Part shown: positions 46,501 to 59,962 of the stretch, in pieces
Numbering within the stretch: the first letter of the stretch is position 1
How the letters are laid out: every line of letters starts with the position of its first letter
Assembly: GCA_036172245.1 (NCBI GenBank)
Contig: JAYWIR010000024.1
Span: 1,240,001-1,304,000 of the forward strand
Length of the DNA: 64,000 nucleotides
Source: Raillietiella orientalis
Lineage: Eukaryota
Reading direction: 5' to 3'
Translations under genes and position numbers: made by a program
The notes under the pieces: model-generated
What the model was told of the DNA's origin: nothing
The model's database searches: none
Seen by the model: only the letters and a program-made list of their open reading frames with translations

Positions 46501-49500
46501 TCCTCCTCTCTCCCGGTTCTTACGCGGAAGGAAAGACCCCTTCCCCCGCGCGCGCCTTCCTTTCCACTGGCTTCCCTAATTCCGCATGGTGCCATCAGCG
46601 CCGTTATGGTGGCCGGCCGAAGCAGGAAGTTCATCCCTAGAAAGTAGGCTTCCTGGAGAGACCCGACGCACGGCCGCCGGGGCAACGGTTCCTCCCCTCC
46701 CGTTCTCTCTCGTCCGCCCATTGTTCTCCGGGGAATCCAGGCCGTTCCACGGGACCCCCCCGGGAGCTGAGAAGGCAGTGCCGGCGGGCCAGCGGGAGCT
46801 CCGAAGCCTCCCAGAGGCAGAAGGGGGCGAAGGAGGAGGGCGCTTCCCTCTTAGGTCGTATCGCCAGCCCGGCAGAGGCGTGACCGTCTCCGGCCCTCCT
46901 CCCCGCGAAACGGGTCTGGGAAAGAAGGGAGAGTCCATCCACTGCCGGAGTTCCTGCGCGCCTCTTCCAGGGGTCGCCTCGCTCCTACGAGGGACAGTCC
47001 TGTAGAACAGGGAAATCCCTTCCCGGAGGCCCTCCTCGCTGAAAGTCAGCACCCGTCTCACGCACGCAGGTCATGACCTCGGGCATTCGCGACGAGTGCT
47101 GGCAGGACGTGCATCGCAACGACGTGGACTTGCGAGGGCGGAGAGGGGTCAGCCCCAAGGCGCTCTGCGTTCATTTCCAGTCTGGCTTCCGCCTGTGGAG
47201 GTTCACCCGAGGTCACGAGAGCGGAACTGTGCGGCCAAGCGATGACCCCGCGCCCGTGAGAGCGACAGGTCCGCTGCTACCGACTATGTGATGCTTTCCT
47301 CGCGCACCTAAGGGGAAGAGAAGGAAGGGGGGGGGGCGCAGCTGATCCTCGACCCACTGGCGGATCCCCGGTTAAAGATGGCGCTCGGGCTCCAAAGGTG
47401 GGAAACCCGCGCGCGCGCGCGCCTGGAGGCCCTTGAATCCAGAAACAGAGGGCAAAAAGAGAAAGAAAAGTTTTGTTCCGTCGCAGAGGTCGCTCTTCGC
47501 GCCACCCTTCCGGGGTTCGCGTCGAGGGCGTTTCCAGGCTCCGAGACGTCGCTCCGAGACGTGCGAGGGTGGAGGAAGGCGACAGGAATCCGCCTGCGTC
47601 GAGTGCGTGCGGGAGCGCGAAGGGGAGAGGAAGGAGGGGGGGGGGGAGGAAGGAAACGTCAACGCCAAAGGCGCCACTGTCTCGACGGCCGAAGAGCGGC
47701 GAGGCTGCGGCCTGCATCCCCGCCACCTTTTTCGCGTCCTTGGTTCCCCCTCTCCTTCCTTCCTTGCGGGCGCGTCCAGGGTTACGCCCCAGGCGGACCC
47801 ACCCCTTTCCTCCGGGAGTTCCGCCCGAACCCACGAAGGTGACATAGGGGGGAGCCCCAGGCAGCACTTCGCGGCCTGCAAGGCGTGACGGCAGCAGCGA
47901 CCTCTACGGATGACCGCGCCGGGAGCCTTGACGTTACGCGCGAGGCAGGGGGCACGGCGAGAGAGGCGACCTCGGCTGACGAGGGGGAACCCTGCGGCGT
48001 CCGCCAGCGGGCCCGTCCGGCTGACCGTGGTGCCCGGAGCGCCGACGACGTCCCCGGGGGTTCCTTCGGGAAGCCAAACTTTTTCGCATCGCCCGCCCGC
48101 GTTCCGTGGCCTTGAAACCGGGAGCCTTCCGCCTGCTTCCGACTCGGGAAGGACTGCCCGGCACCGGGAAGCTTCCCGCCCCGTCCGTCCCACTTCCCTG
48201 CCTCTGCCGCCGAGGGCCGTTGCCGGGAGACGCGGGAAAGCGAAGAGTGGGGAGGGAGGGAGCGAAGGGGGGCAGCCATGGGGGCGAGGGCGCGCCCGCA
48301 CATGTAGCTGCCACCCGCCCTGTCCCTCCGTCGCGCCTCCCCCTCCTCCCGCAGCTGCGCGCGCGCGACGACCTTGGGGCCTCGCGTCTCCGAGGAAAGA
48401 CCGCCGAGGACGCCGTTTCCGCCGATACCGGCGGCATCCTCACCGGGGCGACAACGATGACGACGAGAACTCGTCGCTCTCATCTCTGGGCTTCCCGGCG
48501 CCTCCGCCGGCGTCCCGCCGCGAGCGAACGCTCCCGCAGGAGCGCGCCGTTCCCCCCGCGGAAACGGCGGTGGCGGCGGCGACGACGACGGCGGCGGCGG
48601 CGTTTCCGATCGCCGTCGCCGCAGCCGTCCGCCCGCCCGCGTGCGAGCGAGAGCGGGCGGGAGAGGAGGTGGAGGCCGGGAAGCGACAGGGACACCCAGG
48701 CCGACTCGTCGGGAAGGAAGAGGGAGGTGTCCTCGCGCGGGGACGACGCGTCGCGCCTGTCGGCCGGGTGCGGCGCGCGCGCCTCACCCCGGCGGCGGCA
48801 GCGGCGGCGGCGAGAGGAAAGCGGGATGACGGCGGGCGGGCAGGAAGGGGCTTCTTTTTTCTCTCCCCCTCTCTCCCCTTTCCGGCGGGCGACGCGGAGG
48901 CCACTCGAAGACCGCGAGCGCGGAAGGCGACGGGGCGCCTGAGAGCGCCGCAGCGACCTCGTGTGGCGCATCGGGAGCTCCGCGAGGGCTCCAGAGGTGC
49001 GCCACAGCAGGAACACCACCGGTAAATTCGCACTCAGCAGGAAGGAGCGGGAAGCGTGGGTGGGCGCGGAAACGACCAAGGGTCAGAGAGAGCGGCAACT
49101 CGTCCCCCCTTGAGAGAAGGGATCCCACCGGAAAGGAGGAGGAGGGGGCAGAAGAGGAGAGGAGTAGGAGGAGAGAGAGGGGCGAAGGAGTACCCCTTAC
49201 GCTGCTGTCATCCGCTCGCACTGGAGGGATCCGCCTTCCCGGAGCGCTGTCTTCCAGTAGGAAGCGGAGAGACCCCGAGGCCGTCATTGCCGCCGCCTGG
49301 GAGAGAGCCTTCCCGCCCTTCCTTGTTCCCCGCGCACACTCTTCCCTCCCCTCTTCCCTCTTTTCATCCCCGAGCCCCAGGGATGGAGAGCTTCCTGGGA
49401 TTTCCCACACCGCGCAGACGCCCCGGGATAGCTCGCGGTTGCCGGGCGACCAGAGTGCAGGTGGCACCTGGTCCCCTCAAGCCAATTATTAGTGAAGGGA

Positions 49501-52500
49501 CCCCTGTTGCCTTCCTCTGTCTCCTTCCCAGGGGACGTTCGTGGGAACGCTTAGGTGAATCCCCTCCAGGAGCGTGGCGACGCGTTACGTGATTCCAGGA
49601 GCATAGGTACGCCGCGGAGGAGCCGCTGCCTGCCGCAGGCACCCAGAGGTTTGCCTCCTGCCAGTCGCAACCCTCCCCGGGGCCAACGTCCCGGGAGGGG
49701 AAAGAGAGGTTAGCGGAAGGGGGACGAAAGGATAGGACGGCGCCCTGGGGGGCGGAGAATCCTTGAAGCCCCGGGCGATGAGTCGTCCCTGTCACCCTCT
49801 GGCTGCTGGCGGTGCATTGCCATGCAAGGGAGGACCCCCATGCGTCCAGAGGGGTCACTCTCGTGAGACAGCGACCGTGACTCAGGAGCTGTCCCACAGA
49901 CTTTCCTCCGACCTCCCTCCCTGAAGCGCGCGCGCGCTTCCCCCGCCGACGCCCTCTCGTCCAGCAGCGGCAGTGGAGAGCAGGGAAGCAGGCCTGGACT
50001 TATTCGTGTAGTCCACCTTCCTCGATGGCATGGCAGGCTCCCCATCGGACCAACTCGAGACCTCCCGAAGCTGCCCTTGGGATGAACGGGCCGTCAGTTC
50101 GCCTGGGGTAATCCCACGAGCGCTTTCGGAGTCCTGGTTGCCTCCGAGGGACAGCGTCCCATTTCCTGCATCCCACGAGTATCTTGGACAATCCCTGGGC
50201 CGCCGCCTGTGTTGGGAATGGAAGTGGAAAAGAGGCGCAATAGCTCCTTCTCACCCGACCTGAAGGTGGCCGCATGCGCTCTTGAGTACGATCGGATCTT
50301 CTTGGTGGTGCTGAAGACGTCCGGGAGAGTCACCGCCTCGCCCGCCGGGAACCCGGCCGGGAGAAGGATCGTGTCCTCGCCCCGGCCGGTGGGGCTCCCG
50401 TCCTCCGCAGATCCTCTTCATCCTCCTCAAACCTACGGGCGACTTCGACCTCCTCTTCGAGGAAAGGATGGGCGTTCCGCAGGCGCCTTCTCCCCCTTTC
50501 CCTCCGAGGCTTCTTCATCCGGAGGGACCGGGATTCCTTTTGAGACGACCCAGGACGCCGGTCACGGACAGCCCCCCGCGGAGAGGGGGTCATCCACGGA
50601 AACAACGGGAGTCTCGTGCCGGACGGGCGGAGCGCACGCTCTCGCACGCGCGCAGAGGGAAGCGAGGGAAACCGCACGCGCGCCTTGCAACTGGACGCAG
50701 TTGCTATTCCGTCCAGGACATTGGGGGAAGGTTCGTCCGCGGACGTGCACGAGGGGGAGTGAGCCACGCGTCGGGGTTCGCTGGAGGGGAAGTGCCTTCT
50801 GTGCCGACAGGCCTCCTCCGCTCCTTCCGCCGCCCAGCCAGCGCCCGCCTCATCAGCCAAACGGTTCCTCTCCCTGCGTAAGAAAGGTGTGCAAGGCACC
50901 AGCAGCATCCCGACTGCGCGCGTGGGAAAGGCAGAGCGGGCAAGGAAACCTTGGGAGTAGGCATGGGAGGCCCAGGAGCGGACACGGGAAGGCCGGCCAA
51001 CTTAGTCGCAGGATTCTGAATCGGGAGAGTGGCCCTGTTGCACGCCATCGTGCATGCGCGGGATGCTGGTGCTGCGGCTCGCGAGGTTTTACGGCTTCAT
51101 GGCAGAGCCATCGCGCCCCGCCCTCGATGCTGAACTACTCAATAGAGACCTTCAGTGGTACTCCATCTTCATCTCTGCATCTCTTGCTGAGTGTCGCGCG
51201 TGATTTCCTGCTCCTTTTCTTTTCCTCATGCATTGTTCCTCTCTCTTCCTCCTCCTCTTCGTCCTCTTCCTCCCTTCCTATTCTTCTTCGCCTTCTCCTC
51301 TTCCTCCCTTTTTCCTGTTCTTCCTCTCTTTCTGGTCTTTTTTCCTTCCTCCTCCTCTTCTTCCTCCTTTTCGCCTATCCTTCTCTTCCGGGAGGGGCAA
51401 AGGAAAACTCCTCCTCTCAGAGGCCTCTGTTGTCTTGACGCATGCACGGGGACATTGGTAGGGAGCGGAGCATGGGCAACGGAAACGTGCATACCATCGT
51501 TGGTTGAGCGTGCTCGTTTTCCTGCTGGCGCCCCATCCCGCTGATGATCTCAAATGCACCCGGAAGCCAAAAGTAGAAAGATTTCCTGTTCCTTCATCCT
51601 TCTCCTCCTTCGTCTTTTTTTTTTCTTTTTCTCCTACTTCTCCTGAAAGGAAACTGCTGGGACGCCTCCTAACCAGAAGAATCTCCCGGCAGGAATGTCC
51701 TGCTTCCGCATCAGCTTCCGTGCTTCCTCTTGGGAAGCAGCGTCTCTCCTCGCAGAGCCCTCGTGGAGCCACGTCTTTCGGCCTCTGGAGCGGCCAACTC
51801 GCTTCCCGCGCCTCCCAGAAACGACGTTTCGGGAAGAGTGGGAGGGGTCCCCTTTTCTGCGCTCCGGAGACGGCTGCACGGCTCTCCCGGGAGGTGATCC
51901 CGCCGCGTCCCGACCCTTTCGGGAAAAGGAGCGAATCTGTTCCCCAGAGGGGGAAACTTCCGGCACCCTTCGCATCTCGCGCAACTGCTCCTCGCTTCCG
52001 TCGCGGCAACCGGATGTTTGGCCAGCAGCCTCCATCCAATGGAATCTTATCTTTCTGCTGGAAAGGACAATGATTCTCTGAGAGCGTTCCTCTCACAAGA
52101 GTCTGAGGAAGTCCCTGGTGCCTTCTCTTTGCGCCTGACGACACGGCTGGTTTGGTTTCGTCCAGGACGTCGATTTCCTTTTCTGCAATGTGTGTGTGTG
52201 TTTTGCTGCGGAGAAAGAGATGTAGCATCTGTTTAGCGGGAAAATTTGTTTTTTAGCACTCCACCCTCGTGAGCTGGAACCGAATGCCTGAGGAACTCTC
52301 CACTTCACAGGTGGTGGCCAATGGTTTCCCGTGGTAAGCGCTCACCCGACGACGTGCAAAGACGCTGGCGTCTCATCTCTTCTCCCTGCAGTAGCACTTG
52401 TCTTGCAGCGGCAAGGATGCTTCCCGGCCGGTGGGTGACGCCGAATAGCCATCCTGCGCCACGGGCCCAGTTGACCTTCAGGAGGGAAGGGACGCAAGCG

Positions 52501-54639
52501 AATCCGTTCGCATCGCTCCAGATGACTTCTTCTCAGAGACTGCGAAGAGCGGCGCACCGCGGGTGGCGCTCGGGTCAGAGTTCTGAGGTCCACCGCGTGG
52601 GGGCATCGGTGATCCTAAAAGGGGCGAAAAACGACTCGGTGAAATGCCGGTCTTCGCTCCACCCACGTTTCCCCTTCATCATTCCTCTTTTTTTTTCTTC
52701 CTTCCCCCTCTCCTCGTCTTCCTTCCTTCCTTTTCTCCTCCTCCCCCCTTCTGAGGCAGGAACCCTGAGATGGAATGGAGATGTCTCGGAGATTCCTTCG
52801 AAGTCTAAGAAGCTCTAAAAAAGGTGCCGATGCACCATAGCAACGGAGGGTGCAGGCAATTCCTCCGGAAAGAACCTCCGGCGCGAATGCCGGTGCTTCG
52901 CGCGCGTTGAAAAGGATTGAGCAGATCAGAACGTAAACAAGAAGCCCTCGAGGGCAGCGCTCCCTTTGATGGGGATGCAGCCAAAGTCTTTCGCCGCAGG
53001 ACCGACGACATGCTTTGTTTGTTTCGCTTTCTCCTTAGCCCTCCTCCCTCGGGATTATCGAGGGAGGCGAGAGCTCCCCCTGGCCGAAAGAAAGGGGAGT
53101 CAGGAGAAGAACACCCACAGTTCCGAGTGGCCAACGGTGAGTCGCCCGTCGAGGTGGCTGGGAACGCCGGCGCTCCCTGACCTCAAGCCTGGTAAAAAAA
53201 CCTGACCAACTAGGACCAAGTTCTGCCAGAGGTTCCTGTAGGATTGCGACAAAGAAAGAGGAGATGCAGGAAGACGAAGACGAGTGAGTGTCTCTTCGCA
53301 CGCTGCAAGCGACGTGTGCGCGCGAGAGCTCACTGTGTTCCTGCGCGTACACATGCTTTTCGCGCGCGTGGGAGTACTTTTTGTTTCAGATGCCCGTTTC
53401 GGGTTTCGAGTTTGTTTATTTTTATTCAGCTCTGGCGCTCCAGCTCTCCTTGATGCCGCCCTTCAGTTGGACGCAGAAGCTGAAGCAGCAAGCTTGCCTG
53501 CTCGACCGGGTTGCTGGCCGTAGCATGGGAAGAGCTGCTCCAAGAGCGCGTTTCCATTCCTCATAGGCCGCTCTGCGCGTTTCCGCCAGCCAACACCAAC
53601 CAGAGTCTGCCACTTGGTGTTTCTTTATCCCCCCCCTTCCTCCTCGTGGAGGGTGAATTTGTACCCCCTTCTTTCCCTGGTCGCCACTCGGAGACTTCTT
53701 TCCGTGCCGTCCTGCGAAGACCCACCGGCAAGAATCGGTGCTGCTGGGTGGGAATTTTCTTTTCCATTTTTCTCCCGCTCTCCATCCTTCGTCTTCCCCT
53801 TCCCCGTCTTCTCCCTGGCTTCAGATTCTTCAGAAGAGCAGCAGAAAAGAAGTCCTTCGGAACGTCGAAGATGCGTGCGTCCAGCAGCCCTGTCCACAGG
53901 TCGGACCCCACAACCAGACCTCAAGAAGGTTGCCCTATCCACCTGGTTCCACTTCCCTCTCAGCTGGACAGAAGCTCGAAGGATACTGAAAAGGTCAGGT
54001 CCACCGTGGATGTAGCCCAAATGCACTCACTTCCACCCTAGGAAGTTCCAGCAGCCACTTTGCCTCTTCTGCTCCTTGAACGCGCGTTGGAACCTCGCTG
54101 GGTCCGTCCCGAAAGGAATTCCCTTGGATCGAACGGACGGCGTCATAGGAAACGGCTGTCAGAGCCCAAAGTACGCGCCCTAAGAAAGGGAAGTGTGTGT
54201 TGTCCTTAGTTATGACACACTGAATGTCCGCACCGCGTCCCTCGTCCAGAGAACGACTCAAGAACGACGACGGCCGCAGCACCTGGGGGTAGACCCTCTA
54301 CGGAAGAACAAGTGTGCTCTGGTGAAGGCACTCTGCACCGACAGCGTGGCCAAGTCCAAACCAGCAGCGGCTGGCGTAGCTCGAGCAGCTCGCTGGGTTC
54401 AAGTGAAGGACGTTTCGAGCTTCAAGAGGAGGCCACGCACTTCGAGGGCCGCGGGGGATGCGGCCGAGGAACACCCTCGTTCGGTACCTAGAGTAGGGAG
54501 GGAATGGACTTTGGGGGCTTCGCGAAAAGTTGGCGAACTTTACCCGGAGCGTGCGGGGTTGCTGGATGTCCGCGTCCGCGACGATGAAGCTGGTCGCAGG
54601 TTAGGGTGCAGGGCAAAAGGAAAGAGGAATCGAACTGCT

Positions 54640-54954
54640 TAGTGGGTTCCTGACTCCTTCCGAAGCTCCTTTCAGGGGAGTTGGAGCTCTCCGAAGCGGA
54701 AGGGAAACGGAAGAGGCCAGGAGGGAAGGGACTCCGCCATCCACTGGACGAAAATGTTCATGAGGATCGCCGCAATGTGGTCCCACCCGGGGACCATCCA
54801 GAAGGAACTTGCCGGCATCCTGGAAAGGATGCAGGGGGAGCCCCTCGACGAACCATGATCTCTTCCTGAGCCCCACCCAAACAAGGGCTGCGTGTATATT
54901 TATTTATTTATTTTTCTTCTTGTTTATCGCTTCCCTTTCGTTGCTGAGGACAAC
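54640..54954 (+). mobile_element. L1/Tx1-like LINE 3' fragment (same family)
   Basis: DSAIHWTKMFMRIAAMWSHPGTIQKELAGILERMQ...* plus (TTTA)n. It aligns with the 26-kb copy and closely with 57058-57282 in inverted orientation. Confidence 0.72.
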
Positions 54955-56103
54955 GAGAGAACAGGAGACCCTGTCGCGCTGTGGGGTGAATCGTTACGGC
55001 ACCCGACGCGACGATCATCGGATGCAACGGAAAGTGTTGGTTGATTGCTATAGGCAGTAGCAGGACGATGGCAACTATGGAAATGGGGATCCTCTAAAAA
55101 AAGTGTCAGAGAGGACTCGCTTTCAGGTCCTGGTCTCGAGAACAGGCGGTGCTCAGGCGCCACTCGTTTCCAGGAAGGCAGAGTTATCTCTGCTTTCTAG
55201 CTCTCTCTCAGCGGAGGACAGTAGGTTCCGGGGCAAGAATAGATCCGTGAAAAGATATAAAGATGGCAGGTTTTGTTTAGAAGAATGGTTTCCGGGTGAT
55301 GAGGGAATTCGAGAAGAGACTCTCATCTTTAAGAGAAGGCGCAACCTGAACACCACGCGATGTTTCAACTGCTCACCTCATTCGGATGCCGCAACCCACT
55401 CTCTTTCCCAGCAAAACCATCCGGTATCCCCTGCTATGATAGTCGAACATCAGAACATCTTAGATAGGACCCCTAGCTGAAGATCACTGCCTGTATTCCA
55501 CCTTCAGATCTTGATGGAAAAATCCATGCTGATCGCAGTTTCTAAGGCACTTTTGTGGTCACGGCAACCACACAGATCGACGTGGATCCAACCTGTGAGC
55601 GTTCAGGTGATGGTAGCATTTACTTGAGCATTCATGGCAACCACTCACATTAGAATTCCTCCGAGAGAAGGAGCAAGCATTCCTCTGTCCGACCATCCTC
55701 GTGTGCAACATTCTCCATCAGCAACGTTACGGTTGCTGTTTTTTTTTTTTTTTTCTTGCAAAAAAAAAAAAAAAACCGATTGGTCATCATTCCCGGGAGC
55801 ACGCAGTAGAAATGGAATGCGCACTGCAAGCAAGCCCACCTTCACACCCAAAGCAGCCACCTTCCGCATCATTCTCACCACACCGCTGGAGTGGAAAGAT
55901 GTGCCGATTGAAGTGGCTCTTGGGAAAGCTCGATCCGTCTAAAGGCAATCCAGAAAAAGAAAAAGAGCACGCTTCGCCCCCATCCCCCGAACCTGCCCCA
56001 ATGAAAGCAACAAAGCATTCTTGAGACCTGACGTTGGGGTTCCCCACCAATAAACTACACTCTGCCCTATCGAGTGACGGCCCACATCTCTTCCGCTGAG
56101 CAC

Positions 56104-58543
56104 GGTGCATCAGTGGGAGCGGAAGGCATCTTCGAAAGATGCTCGCCCACCCTTCTTTCGGTCGTCTGGTTTTCCTCCTCGTGGTCGTAGACACGCAAGA
56201 CGGAAGGCCTTCCACTTTCCTGCAGAGTGACCCTTCGAGGTCAGCAAGCTGACCCGCCGTCATTTTTCGAGGGCTTGCATGCATCAGAGCAACAGAAGCT
56301 CACCTGGCCTCATCCCTCGTGCACTTGGATGTCAGCGGCAAGACTCCAGGCGCGTGATCTTCTCGAAGGTACCGTGAAACGTCCCGCTCTGGTCAGCTGT
56401 CGTCTCTGGAGAGCATGGACGTTGACACGAGTTGAATTTAAGCTAAGAGCGAGAGGCCATCCGGGATCACTAGAGGTACCTTGGATGGACGGCTAAAGCT
56501 GAAAGACTGGGAATGTGGTTCGCCTTCTTGGTTTCGAGGATCTGAATGATGAAGGCGAAGATTCTTGATGCGGAGGCTGAGAAGGAGCCGGCCTGTCAAC
56601 AACTGCTCAGAGACCATCGAGTTGCCACCGTGGATTGCGTGTCTGGAATCCGTGCAAGTGTGTCCAAGAATGTGTTTTAAAGAATGAGAGAGTACAAGGA
56701 TGCTGTGGTCGTGCATCCGAGGATCCTTTTGGCCATAGAAGCGAGCTAAAAGCCGAACGATGGGTAAGAAACAGGAGAAGCTCCGTGCTGAGCTGGAGTC
56801 TGAACCGAAGGGGTCAAGCGTAACCATCAAATGCAAGCGCACGAATAGACTCTGCAGCCTGCCAACTGCTCGACGCGAATGTTCCAAGACGATGCAACTG
56901 GAGGGCAAATATCTCGCGTGGTTTATCACCCGGTTACTCCTGGGGTGTTTATTTGTAAAAAATAAACATCCAAATAGTAGTGGTGGGACTTTCGGCACCG
57001 CCACGTTCGGACAGCAGGGAACCTGCCGAGATGTCGGCACGCAGACCGGGGGGGGAGCGTTGTCCTCTGCAGCGAAAGGGATAAACAAGAAAAATAAATA
57101 AATACATATACACGCAACTCTTGTTTGGGTGGGGCTCAGGAAGGGATCACGGCTCGTTTTGGGATTCCTTCTGCATCCTTTCCAGGATGCCGGCAAGTTT
57201 CCTGGTGGGACCACATCGCGGCGATCCTCATGAACATTTTCGTCCAGTGGACGGTGGCGTCCTCTTCCCTCCTGGGCTCTTCTTACGGACGTTCCGGGCC
57301 ACTGCCATTCCTCAAAGACAGCAGCTAAGGACGCGAATGGGGGTGGCAGTGCGGAACGCACGGGGAGGAGCTTCACAACGTCCTCAGAGCTGCCCATCTG
57401 CTCCCCGCACCTGTCGCTCATCCCGGTCCGGACCGGGGCGAGCGACCGGGGTGCCCGGGGCAGCGGTGCAGGCGTGGTTGGCCACGGGATTCCCCGATGC
57501 AAGATTAGGAATGCCGGTAGTTTAAGTCTCGTACGGTTGATGCAACCTCTTGTGACCAGCCCTCAGATGCCTCCCGTTATTTGAGGTGGCTCACCGAGCG
57601 AGGAGTCGGTCTCTTCGTGCCTCACGTGGTCGATGTAAATCACACAGCAGCAAGGACCAGCTGTCCCCGGTGCGCCTCCGAAGAATGACGAGCTCAAGCG
57701 CCATCTGCCAGTTGTTTGTTGTTGGGAGGGCGAGTGGGACATACTGTGGTAAGCATAGGAGATGAAAGAAATGAGAAAACTGGATCCACCATCTCTAAAT
57801 ACTCTGGTGACCGCGAGGACAGAGTCCCAGTTAGGACAGCCATCATGGGGGACACAACTTTCGAGAAGCCAAGCCACACTTTCGGCGAGGACCACGAACT
57901 GTCCTTCCAGCGGTGGTTCGTTTCCACCTCCAAAGCTTCCGGCAGCGTGCGTTTTTGGTTTCTGGTTCCGATTAAGCAGACTCACAGCCTCTGCTTCTAA
58001 AGTGTACTTACTAGGGAGCTGTCACTTGGAAACGGCCTCCTCTAGTCAGTTGTCATCGGCCGCTTCTCAGCCTCCGCATCAAGAATCTTCGCCTTCATCA
58101 TTCAGATCCTCGAAGCCAAGAAGGTGAACCACATTCCCAGTCTTTCAGCTTCAACCGTCCATCCAAGGTACCTCTAGTGATCCCGGATGGCCTCTCGCTC
58201 TTAGCTTAAATTCAACTCGTGTCAACGTCCATGCTCTCCAGAGACGACAGCTGACCAGAGCGGGACGTTTCACGGTACCTTCGAGAAGATCACGCGCCTG
58301 GAGTCTTGCCGCTGACATCCAAGTGCACGAGGGATGAGGCCAGGTGAGCTTCTGTTGCTCTGATGCATGCAAGCCCTCGAAAAATGACGGCGGGTCAGCT
58401 TGCTGACCTCGAAGGGTCACTCTGCAGGAAAGTGGAAGGCCTTCCGTCTTGCGTGTCTACGACCACGAGGAGGAAAACCAGACGACCGAAAGAAGGGTGG
58501 GCGAGCATCTTTCGAAGATGCCCTCTGCTCCCACTGACGCACC
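56104..58543. repeat. Near-perfect inverted repeat, 481-bp arms (56104-56584 / 58063-58543), 1478-bp spacer
   Basis: Ungapped reverse-complement alignment with 7 differences counted. The ORF track lists identical 89-aa translations at 56227+ and 58151-. Confidence 0.98.
56921..57520 (-). mobile_element. L1/Tx1-like LINE 3' fragment with complete 3' end (same family)
   Basis: The minus strand gives ..ALPPPFASLAA.., VHWTKMFMRIAAMWSH, (TTTA)n, a degenerate hairpin, AATAAA and CCGGGTGATAAAC, as in the 26-kb copy. Confidence 0.72.
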
Positions 58544-59000
58544 TATAATTCATCTGCAGTTGATCAGCTGAGACGATCCCCCGTGTGAGATTTCTGGTAT
58601 TGGAGGTCGCAAAGCCAGCTGGAAGACTCAGAGGTCGTGTCTTCGGCAGATGGCCACGCGAGCACTGGGTAAAGAAACGAAACCTCGTGCGAGGATCGAG
58701 GAGGCAGCAGCCGTCAGCAGAGGTTTCCCAGGGCGGAGTTTCTTTGCAGCACCGGAGCCTGCGAGTGGAAATTCGAAGCTGCAATCCAGCAACCGTGCCC
58801 TCCGAGCAAGACGAACACAACCGAAGCAGCGCGAATTAAAAGACGTGGGTGGGTGACGTGTCTGATGTGACAGACGGCAGAGGAGAGAGAGAACTCAGCT
58901 CCACCTTCTGGAATTGCATCTTTGGGCGGCAGATGGGAAACGAAAAATGTCCGTTTCGAAGGAATAGGAAAAAAATGTCGAGAAACCGCGCCTGCGACAC
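57850..59000 (+). mobile_element. Decayed LINE RT (L1/Tx1- or RTE-like) containing the right arm of the 481-bp repeat
   Basis: In order, with frameshifts: G.FP, LVPIK, HRPLLS (YRPISL-like), SRIFAFII (KIFAKII-like), FHGTFEKI (DF.KAFD-like), RRCPLLPL (QGCPLSPL-like). Confidence 0.5.
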
Positions 59001-59962
59001 CTTGGTTGATGCAGTCTTCTTTTCCTCGACTCCATTTCGACATCCGTGTCACGCATCGCGCCGCCACCGGAGCACTAGCATGGCGAAGGAAAGTCCCGGA
59101 ACCCTTTGCCACTCTTTCTCGAAGACCCCACAGCAGACAACAGAGTCCGCGCTGGGGGCTTCTGGAGAGCATCCGGAAGGTCAAGGAGAAATTCCCGCCG
59201 CCCTTTCCAGGTTCCACTCACGCAGGCATTTCCGCGAGCCTTTCAGTATTAGTCGCTTGGTCTCCTTCCCTTGGGGATATCGGAGGTCATTTATCCGGCA
59301 TGTTCATCGATTGAGTTCTGTCAGAAGTCCCGGTCGTCTTCCCCCGTCTCTGGAAGGAAAAATCTTACCAATCGTCACCGATCTGAAAACTCTGCGCCAG
59401 CCTCTCGTGGTACCCTGAAGCAGCTAACTTTCGAGCACCCCTATTGATGACGTTCCGGAACATTGGTTGCTGAATGTCCCGATGAGCTCTTGGCTCCCGG
59501 AAGGGACTGACCTTGCTCGGGATGAGAATCGGGGCATCTCTTGTTAGTCTCATGGCGACAAGCAAGCTTCTCGTCGAGCATGCAGCTTTCGGCACCTTCC
59601 TGCAGCTCTACGTGTCTTCCGGTTTCTCGAGAGGTTCCCCTCCGCTTCTATGCCAGTCCGCCCCCTACCCTGTTCCTCAGGAACCTTTTCTCAGAGCAGC
59701 CCCTGAGTGCTTCCACTCCTGGACCTTCTACAACCTTTCCGAGTAGAGGTCCTGACCCAAATTCGTGCCTTCTTTTTCTTCGTGAGTCTTCCTGTGGGAG
59801 GGTGGCAGCTCTGTCGCCCCTTGCAGAATCGTGAGCGCTTCCATTTTCGCTCCGGAAGACACTAAGGAGCGTAGTCCTGGAAAGCCGGACTTGGCGACTA
59901 TGCTGCGAGCGGTGTACACCATGGAAGGCAGCGAGTCGAGGAACAGGTGCCAGAGATGTGCA

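Noticed and set aside
56227..56496. Identical 89-aa ORFs at 56227+ and 58151- as a duplicated gene
   Set aside because: They are a by-product of the inverted repeat, antisense to the RT relic and without an ATG start.
54711..58543. Single staggered-break inversion explaining both A/A' and B/B'
   Set aside because: The pairs differ greatly in identity and are not adjacent at common breakpoints.
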